A stretch of DNA of 64,000 nucleotides from Schizochytrium sp. TIO01. Its lineage: Eukaryota; Protista; Bigyra: Labyrinthulomycetes. The position numbers and the translations under genes were made by a program. Positions 1-11,052 of the stretch are shown one piece after another. Location of the stretch: NCBI GenBank assembly GCA_004764695.1, contig SMSO01000036.1:1364001-1428000 (forward strand). Reading direction: 5' to 3'. Numbering within the stretch: the first letter of the stretch is position 1; each line of letters begins with the position of its first letter. A model generated the notes under the pieces. The model was not told the DNA's origin and made no database searches. It worked only from the letters and a program-made list of their open reading frames with translations.

Positions 1-846
1 TCATTATAGTCATCATTCCTCTCTAGAGAATTCTAAGTCAAAAACATTACTTTCTAAAACAAAATACAAGTTTCTTTTTGTTTGGACGAATTGACACCTG
101 GTAAAATCGCATACCATCACCATTCAAGTATCCTAGTTTTGCGTTCGCCAATCAATCTATCGATCCATTTCCATTCGCTGTTTGATCTAGCTACAATTCA
201 CGCTCCATTGCGATGTTTGTGCGTAGGTACATTCCTTTATATTATATGGACGCTCGGATCAGGTCTAAGAGCGACCCTCGATACTTTAACTCCACCAGCT
301 CTTACGAACAAGATCTCGTGAACAATTTTGTGTGAATAAAAACTAAACAAATACCATACTTAAAATCACCAACTCGTGCAGACTTGTAGAACAGCTGCAA
401 CTTGAAACAGGCAATAAGTATCGTACAGTTCAGATTGGCTATGGTCAACATGATCGAACCTGGATTGGAAATTTTTATGATCGACTAGTCTTCATTTTTT
501 AAATTAAAACTTTTAAAGGAAAAAATAAAACCAAAAATAACTTTGAACTAGCGATTAGTAGTAGGTACATACATTTTTAATCGACCATTAGGTATTACAT
601 TTAGGCCTACATATGTATTTAGTGATTTTTTAAAAGTATAGGCTACGAATAAATATTCTTTTCAAGCCTTCTTTCCAATTCTTTCTCAAATGCTCAAAAG
701 CGCGTGCACCCAGGGAGGGAGGGAGAAGTACAGACCCCAAGCAATCAAGAGCCCGAAGCGCTCAGTCAGCGGCATCGCGGCGCCTTACGTCTCTGTTGCC
801 CTGTTCTAGCCTCTGCCCACGTACTGTTGCTGCAGATCGGTTCAAA

Positions 847-1359
847 ATGCAGTTTGTACGTCACGATGACGATCTGTCTGCCGATGGCGAATCCAGGACT
901 GGAAGCGCCAAGGTTCGCACAGACACCAAAGGAGCGTCGCAGGACCAGAAACAGGAGGAAGGGTCTTTGCTGAGTGCACTGGCATCTTGTGTTGGGTGCG
1001 GAGATCGTTTGCGCAAATCTCAGGCGCAGCGAAAGGCTGGATGGCCTTCAACAGGCACAATTGTGGATTCCAGCGACGCTGCAGAGCCCGAGACTGCCTC
1101 ACTTGATCCCACCGCCCTTCCTGATGACAGTTTTGCCGCCAGCATCTCCGCCACTTCACGTATCCCACCTGAGGAGACCCGTGAGAGGCTGGCTAAGGCC
1201 CGCCAGACTCGTGAGTCCCGTGAGCAGCAGGTGAATGATAAGAAGGAGCGTCTCGAACGAGCCAGAGAAGCCCTCGCAGAAAAGGAGCGCCATGTGGAGG
1301 CCCTCCGCAAGCAGGCTTTGCAGCAGCGGGACACTCAGTCTTCTACCGCCGTCATTTAG
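847..1359 (+). CDS. Hypothetical 170-aa protein with C-terminal coiled coil
   Basis: The ORF track starts at TTG 796; the first in-frame ATG is at 847 in an 'ttcaaaATG' context like other genes here. GC-rich coding-like block with an E/R/K/A-rich helical C-terminus (ERLERAREALAEKERHVEALRKQ). No family recognised. Confidence 0.7.
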   Translation: MQFVRHDDDLSADGESRTGSAKVRTDTKGASQDQKQEEGSLLSALASCVGCGDRLRKSQAQRKAGWPSTGTIVDSSDAAEPETASLDPTALPDDSFAASISATSRIPPEETRERLAKARQTRESREQQVNDKKERLERAREALAEKERHVEALRKQALQQRDTQSSTAVI

Positions 1360-2433
1360 GGAAGGACATCATTGTGCAAGTATTGTGCGAGTTTCGTGAT
1401 GTAACAATTCCAACTCTACAAATTTGTCTCTTGGAAAAATGGTACATATGGTGCTCTCTTCAATGAAGATTTAACTTGCCAACGAAGTGAGTTGCGTGGA
1501 CCTTTGAGGATACGGAGCTTCGTTTGTAAGGGTTTTGATCATCACAGAGATTGGGCACGTATTGTGCGCAAGTTGAGTTTGTGGTGTTCTACGTAAATAT
1601 ATTTTGTGCTGAACCAGGAAAAGCCGACGTGAATCGGTTCGAGGCGCTTTGAGATGCCTGCTGAGTTCGGGCAAAAGTTTATTCTTTCTCATAATTCGGG
1701 ATTGAGATGTTGGTGCTTCTGTCCTTTTGAACTAGGTCACTGAAAAGAGACAACATTTTCGCTAGATGGTACATGGTGCTTCTCTTTAATGACTTGAAAC
1801 AAACTATAGGCTAGCAGTTTGAGCCATGGATTTGACCCCGAATTTGTGTATTTCTTTTTCTTCTAGACAAGCTTTTTTCTTCATTGCTTTTTTATTTTCT
1901 CTGTCTTTCATGCGCGGTTTATGGACGCTCAAGTTGGCTGGCTAACCGGTCACAAGACAGGATATTCGCAGACTCTTTAAGTTTTGCTTTGCTGCTTCGT
2001 TGGCAACAGCCACCTTTGGTGTTTTTGGACCATTTGACTTTATACCTCCATGTTTTTCTTTTTATGGAAAAAGGAAAGAAAAGAAATGAAGAAAGAACCT
2101 AATGATTCTAGAATCAATAAAATATTTGTTGTTCAATTTTGACTACCACTTGTTCACTCCAGAACGATCAGATCGACAGTTTGTTTCCCTGATAGCTTCG
2201 TCAAGTACTTGTGAAAGTGCAAAAGAATAAGTACGATATCCGCGGTATGTTTGAGACGATCAAATTCTCATTGAAAATGATACGGATAAAAGGTGAAATA
2301 AAGTCGTCCATAAAAGCTCACTTAAAACTTACTTTTCATCAATACTGAGAAAATGTTTCTACATCTTTACTTTACTTCTTTTCCTTATTTAAAAAATGAG
2401 AGACTTGATTCTCCATCATCTTGAGTTGCAATA

Positions 2434-5400
2434 TCAAATATCATCGCCCTGGTCCTCATCGTCAGCAGCTACCTTCTCCTTCGATACCTTCTTTGAGTCA
2501 TCATTATCTTCAGGTTTTGCTACTGCTGTTGAGGAAGAGTCAGCCTCAACCGCCTTGTTGGAACCTTCTTCCTTTGTGGAATCGTCATTCGCAGCAGATG
2601 CATCCTTCGCATCACCATCAACGGGAGCAGCATGGCGGCTATTGAAGTTCGCGCAAGCACCCATCAAAGCCTTTACAAAAACGCGGGCATCCTGGGGAAA
2701 ACGATATGTACGAGGCACGGGGGCGACCTCCTCTTCGGTTCTGCAGTCTGTGCCCTCGGTGTTTTCTTTTTTAGCTGATGCACCAGAAGATCCCTGCTCT
2801 TCATCATCCTCTGATTTTGCGTAGAACAGAGTAATGAAGGAGGGGTCGTTATTGGGGAATCGCATACGCACCACATTTCGTAGGGAGCGCACTGATTTGA
2901 CATAGGAATATCCAGGACGCATAGGGTGCGGATCCAACACCAAGAAGCGCTCGGGAGTGACCACTAGCATGCGCTTAGCATAAAACGGTTTCTCGAGCTT
3001 TTCCTCTGTCTTCTCCTTATAAGCTTCGAAAGTGCGGTGCATGCGGCCAAACTCATGTTCGCCAACGAGGTCGCCCTTTGCCAATTCTCCAATCCGTGCA
3101 ATTGCCTTTTGATCATTTTCCTTTTGTTGCTTTGCGCGAGATTCAGCTTGGGCCTGTGCTGCACGCTCGGCCTCTTCAGCAACAGCCTGAAGCTTCTGCT
3201 GTGCTGTTGTGTATGCCTGATTCATCGATGACTTAAGCTTAGAGCCTAGATTGCTCGTGTCCAGCTTGAAGCGAGAAGACCACCCAGAAGACCATCCACT
3301 AGTCTTTTGCGGCGAGCTCTTACTTGCTTCGGCATCCGCTGCGTCGGCTGCTTCAGCTGCAGCTTTGGCTGCTTCCGATGCTGTCTCAGGGGCCGTTGTC
3401 TCTGAATCGTTAGTGTTTTCGTTGTTCTTTTTAGCAGGCACTGATCCATCTTGAGCAGCCATGTCCTTCTCTTCAGGAGTACTCTGTCGACGCCACATGC
3501 TAGCAAAGAGGCGGGAGCCTTGGCTTGCTGCGTTCTGTGTCGCTGTTTTCAGGTCAATTCCAGTATCAGCGGGCTCACTTGCATTGGTTTCTTCCTCGGC
3601 CGCCGGGGTCGTCAAAGAATCATCTGGCTCCACCGGAGCAGCTGCACTTGCGTTTGGCTTTTTCCAGTATGAAGACAAGAGCTGAGAGGCTTTCCCAACG
3701 ATGCGCTGAGTTTGAGCCTGTGCACCAGCTAGAGGCTCATCCAGATCCGAAAAAGAAATATTCGTGTCTGACCTTGACTTCGGGTGCTCAGGTATACTTG
3801 CTTGTGTGTTACCACCATTACTAGGGCTGCTGCTCTGGGCGTGGCGTAACGAGCGTTGAGCCAACACAGAACTTGCCTTGCTTGCTAAGAAACGCGCAGT
3901 AACGCTTGGTGCAGCATTGCGGTAGCGTTCATAGGAATCGTACTTCGCTAAGGCACCCTTGTCTGCCGGAACGTTTACCAGCGCATCTTCTAGCTGATAT
4001 CCAAGACGCCGGAGGGAGCGATAGCAGGATAGAAATCCACCCTCGATAACTCCAACCAATGGAAAACCCAGTTCGATGAAGTAAAGGGCACACGCGTCGA
4101 TGCGACGACGGTCGATCTCAAGCTTGCGACGGGCTCGACGCGGATTGAAATCAGCGACCAAAACATCTGTTCCCATACCGAGAATGCAAATATGCATATC
4201 GCCGCGCATAGGGGCAAATGTTTCGGCGTAGGATTTGCGAGACTCTTCATGCTGCAAATCATTTGGGTCCATCACGAAGCAAGTTGGAAAGCGACCAGTG
4301 CGATCAATTACATTTTGGGGCCGGCAGTCAACAACAAAGATTTTACGAACAGGTGAACTCTGAAGGTTCTTACCTTGGTTTGCATTGTGGGCGTTGCTGG
4401 CATCATTTGAAGTTTCCTTGAAGCAAACTTGCGAGACAACATCTTCTGCAGAGATTGGCAAGCAGTAGGCACTTGTGGTAAGAACAAAGGGATCGCCAAG
4501 AACGTGGTCATCATATTTGAAAGCGAGTTCCTCTAACAAAACGGATTCACGGTGCGAGTAAATACGCGCAATTCGTTCTGCTTCACGTTCTTTACCTGGA
4601 TTGTATCGGCTATAATAAGCTTCAATACGGTCAGTCAAGGCTAGGCATGTGGGTTTCTGAGCAGAGTCTGCATCTTCAGCTTCTACCTCATCTTGAAGCT
4701 CCTTGGGAATAATCGTAGCGATGATAATGTAGTAGGGACGCTCTTGTAAAGCAATCAGTGCTTCTGCTTCGCTCGGCGATAGCCCGAATACTAAATGCCC
4801 ATTCAGAGTCATGACAAGATCGCCTATATGAACGAGACCACTACGTTCAGCCATACTTCCAGGTGTTACTGATGTAACCTCCAGGCCATGTTTACCACGG
4901 CGCATCACAAGACCAGAGCCTTGTGAAGGGGGCCCGTTGAATTCAACAAGACGGCGCTTCAGAAAAACCTTTTCAAAGTCGATGGGAACCTTGCCGGCAT
5001 TCAAAGAGGAAGCAACTGCGCTGCGCAAGTCCTGGGCAGTCTTCTTAAATGCTGAAGACAGCCACTTTGCTGTTTTGTTTCCTTCAGTGTCAGTACCAGC
5101 AGCAGCACCTGTACTGCTTGCGTCATCTGCAGGATCACCTGATGCATCCGGGTTCATTTTCTTTTCATAAGCTTGTAACGCCTTCCAATCATGCTCCTTA
5201 GCTCGCATTCGTCGGAAATCGAACATGCCAAGGTCTTCCTGTGATGGAAGGGCCAGAAGCATCTCGTCCTCAGCGACCTGAAGCCGGACTTTCTTGGGTG
5301 TCATTGAAGCTAAAATCTTCGCAAATGCACCGACGCGAGCTCCTGTGCGGCTTTCGCTTTGGGGACCGTTTAGGATGCCTGTTAAGGAGCTGATCTTGGT

Positions 5401-7485
5401 CGCTAACGCAGTCGGATCAGCCTCGATAGCGAGCAGAGAATCACGTTGAAGAATTAGTAGAGCAACGGCTGCGTAGATACTAAAAGCTTGCGGTGTGAAT
5501 CCCTGAATCACAAGAGCATCCCACAGTTCTGTGCGAGTTGCGGGGGCTAGCAGATTCTGACCTTGTAAAGAGAAAAGTCCAAGCAGTTCAGTGGACGGCC
5601 AGGCATCACCATTCTTTGCGTGCGCAGCTTTAATCAAGCGTTGCATTCCCTTCTGCAGAAATTCTTGCGATGCGTTAGAAGTGCTACTGGCTGGGGCACT
5701 GATTTGCTCGTCATCAGAGTTTCGTTCTTGCGCCGAGTCCTTCGACATTTCACCATTGGCAGTGGCGTCATCCGGGGGCGTCTCCTTTTCAACGCTCTTT
5801 CCCTCATGATCCCCGCTACCTCCCACACTAGGGTCGGGTAAGTCGGTTGCTAGGCTTGTCCAGCCTTCGCACGCATTGTGCAGATGAGATCCTAGCTGTG
5901 GATCGTGGTAGAGTAGCATTCGACTGATTAGTAAGTGCCGACGCAATTCGTTCATTGGCAGAGTTCGCTTTGCAAAAGCAGCTCCTCCGACTCCAAGACC
6001 ATCTTGCGCAGGGCCATCGTGCAGTCCCATACAGCGCCAGTCCCCACGGCGTCCGCCCCAACGCAGAGAGAGAGCTTCGAGAACACGAGCAGTAGCATCA
6101 ACGTCGCGGTCAAATACAAAATACACAGAGGCCGCAAGGTCGCATAAAAGTGAGTGGTAGATCTTACTAGGCTGGCGGAGGGTGAAGCGGCAGACGAGGT
6201 CCGCCAGCTCAGCCGTCACAGGGTCATCCTTAACATCTGCGTCATCCGAGGATGGTGGTGCAGGATTTTGACCTTGGAACGATGCCCATGCATTGGCGCA
6301 ATCCTTTCGAATCGACTTGCGTGTGGATGAAAGAACTTCAGCAAGTCGCTCTTCGCGAATTGAGGCCCACTCTGGAGTCTCATTTTTCACGCCTAGAACG
6401 GCCATCCATACGTCCCGTCTTCGGGATTCTGGCAAAACCAATCCTGAAACATTATTCACGCGGAGAGCAGAGAGAAGAGTGCTTGCGTCAGTCTGGCCAA
6501 TTTCAAAAAGGGTTTCAAGACGAGTCAGAATTTTGGCCTCGGCATCAGCAGATTCCTTAGATGCATTGGAACTGTCTGGCTCCTCCTGTATAAGCATATT
6601 CATGCTTGGAGGTACTAGGGCGCCTTCATGTTCAGGTTGCGGCACAACGAGAGTAGGGTTGTCAATCATCACGTTCGACTCATCAACCTTTGCTACAGAG
6701 GAGTTTTCTACACTTGTTGAAACCTCAGATCGGGTCTCTTGTCCGCCATATCCAAAGCCACCACCTGGTTGGTTGATGTAAAATGCAATTTCATCCTCCT
6801 CGTCGTCATCTGTGTCCTCCTCGTCTTCTTCGTCCAGATGAAGTCCATTGTCGTGCGATTTCGCGCCTTGGGGCATTTCGTCAATAGTTTTAAGGTCTGA
6901 TGAGCTGGTCCGTGCAGTGTCGAGAGCAGAGTTTGATGTAGGTGATGTGATTTCGCTCGAGTTTCGCGCTCCGGATGATGAAGATTTTGAGGGCTTTTCC
7001 TCCAGCCAGCTAAGAAAATCGTCTTTATCCTTGCTGTTTCCGTGGTCGGAGGCTGAGTGTAATGAGCCCATGTCAAGATCTTGCAGAAAGGTGTCCACAT
7101 CGTCCAAGCTGTTCCCTGATCCGAGTCTCTTAGGAGATGCACCTTTCAAATCCCCAGTTTTCGGTGAGAGAGACGAGAGCCCAATATCATTGAACAAATT
7201 GTCCAATTCCGAATCTCCTCGATCTCGGCCCGAGTCTCCTGAAAATTCAGCCTCTCCTTTAGCTTTGTGCTCTAAGCCCTGGGATTCCTTGCTTCCCTTA
7301 TCTTTGTTATCTTCATCATCTTCACCGCCAGTTCCTGACCCGGTAATGCCGGCAAAGAGTTCGTCCATATCTGACAGCGAGCTCTCCTTTCGTACGCGTG
7401 CGACATCTTCGTCTCCTTTCCCAGACTTGTCCTTGTTCCCATCATCTTTGAACAGGTCGTCCATGAAATCATCGTCCTCCTCCAT
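2434..7485 (-). CDS. TBC1D23: TBC1D23-like protein: acidic N-terminus, TBC domain, PDZ, rhodanese-like domain, C-terminal PH-like domain
   Basis: 1683-aa intronless ORF. TBC motifs LPESRRRDVWMAVLGV and RMLLYHDPQLGSHL. Rhodanese-like AYCLPISAEDVV...IFVVDCRP...HICILGMG...IEGGF. C-terminal RMLVVTPERFLVL...GYSYVKSVRSLRNVVRMRF...FITLFY resembles the TBC1D23 PH-like domain. PDZ motif GLVMRR...EVTSVTPGSMAERSGLVHIGDLVMTLNG. Confidence 0.9.
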   Translation of the reverse strand: MEEDDDFMDDLFKDDGNKDKSGKGDEDVARVRKESSLSDMDELFAGITGSGTGGEDDEDNKDKGSKESQGLEHKAKGEAEFSGDSGRDRGDSELDNLFNDIGLSSLSPKTGDLKGASPKRLGSGNSLDDVDTFLQDLDMGSLHSASDHGNSKDKDDFLSWLEEKPSKSSSSGARNSSEITSPTSNSALDTARTSSSDLKTIDEMPQGAKSHDNGLHLDEEDEEDTDDDEEDEIAFYINQPGGGFGYGGQETRSEVSTSVENSSVAKVDESNVMIDNPTLVVPQPEHEGALVPPSMNMLIQEEPDSSNASKESADAEAKILTRLETLFEIGQTDASTLLSALRVNNVSGLVLPESRRRDVWMAVLGVKNETPEWASIREERLAEVLSSTRKSIRKDCANAWASFQGQNPAPPSSDDADVKDDPVTAELADLVCRFTLRQPSKIYHSLLCDLAASVYFVFDRDVDATARVLEALSLRWGGRRGDWRCMGLHDGPAQDGLGVGGAAFAKRTLPMNELRRHLLISRMLLYHDPQLGSHLHNACEGWTSLATDLPDPSVGGSGDHEGKSVEKETPPDDATANGEMSKDSAQERNSDDEQISAPASSTSNASQEFLQKGMQRLIKAAHAKNGDAWPSTELLGLFSLQGQNLLAPATRTELWDALVIQGFTPQAFSIYAAVALLILQRDSLLAIEADPTALATKISSLTGILNGPQSESRTGARVGAFAKILASMTPKKVRLQVAEDEMLLALPSQEDLGMFDFRRMRAKEHDWKALQAYEKKMNPDASGDPADDASSTGAAAGTDTEGNKTAKWLSSAFKKTAQDLRSAVASSLNAGKVPIDFEKVFLKRRLVEFNGPPSQGSGLVMRRGKHGLEVTSVTPGSMAERSGLVHIGDLVMTLNGHLVFGLSPSEAEALIALQERPYYIIIATIIPKELQDEVEAEDADSAQKPTCLALTDRIEAYYSRYNPGKEREAERIARIYSHRESVLLEELAFKYDDHVLGDPFVLTTSAYCLPISAEDVVSQVCFKETSNDASNAHNANQGKNLQSSPVRKIFVVDCRPQNVIDRTGRFPTCFVMDPNDLQHEESRKSYAETFAPMRGDMHICILGMGTDVLVADFNPRRARRKLEIDRRRIDACALYFIELGFPLVGVIEGGFLSCYRSLRRLGYQLEDALVNVPADKGALAKYDSYERYRNAAPSVTARFLASKASSVLAQRSLRHAQSSSPSNGGNTQASIPEHPKSRSDTNISFSDLDEPLAGAQAQTQRIVGKASQLLSSYWKKPNASAAAPVEPDDSLTTPAAEEETNASEPADTGIDLKTATQNAASQGSRLFASMWRRQSTPEEKDMAAQDGSVPAKKNNENTNDSETTAPETASEAAKAAAEAADAADAEASKSSPQKTSGWSSGWSSRFKLDTSNLGSKLKSSMNQAYTTAQQKLQAVAEEAERAAQAQAESRAKQQKENDQKAIARIGELAKGDLVGEHEFGRMHRTFEAYKEKTEEKLEKPFYAKRMLVVTPERFLVLDPHPMRPGYSYVKSVRSLRNVVRMRFPNNDPSFITLFYAKSEDDEEQGSSGASAKKENTEGTDCRTEEEVAPVPRTYRFPQDARVFVKALMGACANFNSRHAAPVDGDAKDASAANDDSTKEEGSNKAVEADSSSTAVAKPEDNDDSKKVSKEKVAADDEDQGDDI

Positions 7486-10400
7486 TTTCGCTCTTCCTCC
7501 TCCCAGCCTCTATCCTTCCCACGTCCTCCGTCTCGTTCTAGTTTTGCGTGTCCTTTTCAAGCTTCGCTCTGCTGGGCTCCTCCTTTTGCGAGACGGTTTG
7601 TATAAGGCAAAAGGGCCTCTTAATCTGTCACAAGCCGAGTGCTAGGCCGCCTCCTATCTGCGCCTACAGCTCAAGTTCTACTAAATTCCTTAGGTGCGGT
7701 TAGGGCTCCTGTTCTGTGATCATGAAGAGAGAAAGAGAAAGAAAGGTCCGCTCGCTCTGCTTGAGTCCCTCAGCCAAGTCCGTTCTCCTTGGCTTGGAGT
7801 CGTCCTGCGCAGAGGCTTTCGGGCGCCAGCAAGGGCGTGCTGATACGCGGTGCAGTTAAGGACCGCTGCGAGGCCCCTGCTTGCGGCGGCGGAGGCGCGA
7901 CCAGGTCCTGGAAGGCCGCCTGCGATGCGAGACTGTCTTCGCTTCGATCCTTCTGTATCTTCTCTTTTCAAGTTTTTCTATTTGTTCGGGACTGCTATCA
8001 ATTAAAGCTGTTTGGGTTCTACTATGGAGTCTAACAATAACTTTCTTCTTTGATCTTTCTTTTGAGTCTTCAAAAAACAAAAAGAAAAACTCTTTCTTTT
8101 CTTTTTTTCTTTCCAACATCACTATGGTTTACCATAGAGAGGGCTGCTAGGACTTCTTTGCGCAGAGAACCGATCTGCCTCAGTGTGTAGGTAGATGGCC
8201 CCTGCCTACAGTAGAGAGCTCGTATACTGCACTTTGGAGGGCTATAGGTCACTTTGAGGCGCGAGTTTGTTTCACTGTGCGGCTGCGAATACTTCACTGG
8301 CGGCTTCAGAGGCACCGCCTCCTTCGTCTTTCTTTCTCTCTTTCTTTCAACAGCTCTTGAGACGATCTTAGTCTTCTTGAGATGGATCCCGTCGCGCAGA
8401 ACGTGAATACCGACGCCGTGGGTGGCAACGTTTGTGGGCGTTTCGGACTCAGCGCTGTTCTCGCGGGAGGTAGCAGCAGTGGGAGGGACTCAGCAGGGTC
8501 TCTGGCGTCTAAGCAGGCGCTACTTTTCCAAGGCGTGGGGTACTATGGCTGCCTCAGGCTCGAGTTCCAATTCGTGAAAGCTACTCGCTGAGAGTGAAAC
8601 CTCTGCTGTAGCCTGCTTCGTGTTCGGGGTGGGCTTGGGTATGCTGTGATTGGGCATCGTGAATCTCTGCGGCTCCCTGGCTCTGAATACAGAGGTTGGA
8701 CGAGCTTGGAGAACTTGGATGCGAAGCAGGAGCAGCTGCTTCGTCGTGCTCTCGAGAATTTGTGATGGCGATCATTCGTACGTGTGATGAGTGAGACTAG
8801 TTGGGAGGCAGTACGTAGATGTCAGACACCTATAAGGGTACTTAGATATCTGCAAATCGCGGTGTTCAGACAGGTGTAGGTATCACCGTGGATGATGTGC
8901 ACAGTTTCATTTCTGTGAAATCCAAGCTGCATAAGCCTCGGTGGGGTTGCGCCAGCCTGTCAGAGTCTACACGGAGTAGGTATTACTGAGTAGTCAGCGA
9001 GATATGTGAAGAAGGTCGAGCACATCATTTGCGTGCGATTGGGTGGTATCGCGTACGCTCAAAAGCGTTAGCATTGCAGTGTCTGTATGACGATGAAGAA
9101 GAAGATGACGTCAAAGGTAATCTCGGTCGAAGACAGGGTTCTCTTTGACAAGTGAGCGTTGCTTTTAGCACAGCTTCTTGTAACAGGAGAAAGCTTGAGT
9201 GCCTGGCGCCCCTGCGTTGAGCCCAAACAGATCAAGTCAATGCCTTGTACAGCGACGTCAGGCTTTGACACTACTAGTTGATGATCTCCGATTGTCTTGC
9301 CCAATCGAAGCTAGCCACGCAGTGCACACCTATTGATTCGGGGTGCACACTATCATTTTATTCACTATTTCAAGAGCCTAAAGATCCACCAACGAAAGAT
9401 GGTGTTGATTCCAAATGAAAGTTGTGTACGACACACCAAAGCTCATGGCAAGGTTGATTGCAAAAAAGGACATTAGTCTCATTCTAGCAATCCTTTGTTC
9501 AGATTGGGGTTTCTAGCTGGTGCCTCCGAAAGCGATACAACAGAGATGCAACTTCGATAGAACAAGGTGCTGCATTTATATGCCAGTATCGAATGATTAG
9601 ATCTTCGACATTCATCATCAAAGGGAAGCATTTCAGGTAGCCACAGAAAACGAAGCTTGCTCTGCTGCTTTTCGAGTTCATTCTTCAGTGTCAGGTAGTC
9701 CTTGAGCATCAGGATTCGTTGGCTCATAGAACCTATTTTTGCAAACTCTGTAAAGAACAGCTACACGCAAGTACAAGGTCAACCAGGGTTCTGATGTATT
9801 GCCGTCGAAACCCTTCCTTGCAATGGGCAATGTGAAGAATACGAAAGGAAGCTCCAGAGAACACCTTTCACAGGTTTAGCCACTACTACATAATTCATAA
9901 TACATAATGCCTAGCTATGAACAACTACTAAAGGTTCTTCAGATGTGAATAATTTCATTATGCTAGGCGTAGCAGTAGATATGTACTTCAACCTACACCA
10001 TCGACCCCAACTTTCTTTTCTTTTTCATTTATTTAATTTTAAAATAATTGAAACTAATCAACGTATAGGTCCCATATACTATCATGATTTAAAAACGTTT
10101 AATTTTATTTTTTTTGGTTAAAATTGATGAATAAATACGTACCCCCCTTTTATTTATTTATTAATGTTTTACACTAGTAGGCTATAAAGAAAAATCGAAC
10201 GATAGGATCATAAGGCTCAGTACTACCAAGGTGTATAAAGAAAGAGGGTTCAGCTCTACCAGTAATATGTTCAGCCCAAATTAAGCGTTTGCCAGTCTCG
10301 TGGATCGAGAGACACATGTTTGGTGTCCTTTCCACTTGAATGGGTTCTCTTTTGTGCGATTGAGCAATCAAGAGCGAGCTTTGGAAACAGAAAATGGAAT

Positions 10401-10990
10401 GGAGGTCAAAGCTAACTTTCGATAAAGCTGAGGTGCTTTCTTCGAGTCCTTGAAGATCGCGGCAGGCAGATTCCGGGGATCGATTGACCAATCGACGCGC
10501 GGTATTTGGCGGTGGAGTGTTAATTGCAGTTGCCTTGCGAGATCTTGCCACTCTTGGGTGCAGGCAGGTTGTCTCGGGCGGAGTCGATCGAAGAGACTCC
10601 ATTTAAGCTGCAGCTTTCGAGGTCTTCTCTCGCTACTATTCAAGTGAATATTCGATCTTGATCGAGCGCCGTCGCTGCGGCAAACACGAACACTGTCGTG
10701 TCCAAATGCGCGACGTTCCTCCCTCCAACGGTGCAAACGCGAGCAGAGAGAGCTTGCAAAGCATGCGCTGCGAGCTCGAGTGGTCGCTACTTCTTGAAGT
10801 GAATGAACGAATTCAAACTTCGAAGCTCGCTGTCTCCAGATGCCTGACCTTGGTTGGACCAGCGCGTGGCGCGGCAATCTCGTTTGCGGCCAGACAGTCA
10901 GCGATGACGCTACGATCTCCCGTTACGGGCGTTACGAGGGTTACGCGGAACCACCTGCGACGCTCCCTTTTTGTCCCTCTCGAACATGCA

Positions 10991-11052
10991 TAGATAGATA
11001 GATACATAGATACATAGATACATAGATACATAGATAGATACATAAATACATA
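10991..11052. repeat. Compound (GATA/CATA)n microsatellite
   Basis: tagatagatagatacatagatacatagatacatag... Confidence 0.9.

Noticed and set aside
1439-1792. Imperfect ~27-bp duplication ATGGTACAT..GGTGCT.CTCTT.AATGA at about 1439 and 1766
   Set aside because: Only two degenerate copies; no terminal repeats or target-site duplication supporting a mobile element.
6848-7645. 265-aa antisense ORF over the TBC gene start
   Set aside because: Ser-rich mirror of Asp/Glu-rich codons; non-ATG start.
8382-10993. Short ORFs of 60-170 aa on both strands
   Set aside because: No recognisable motifs, overlapping frames, no consistent exon chain.
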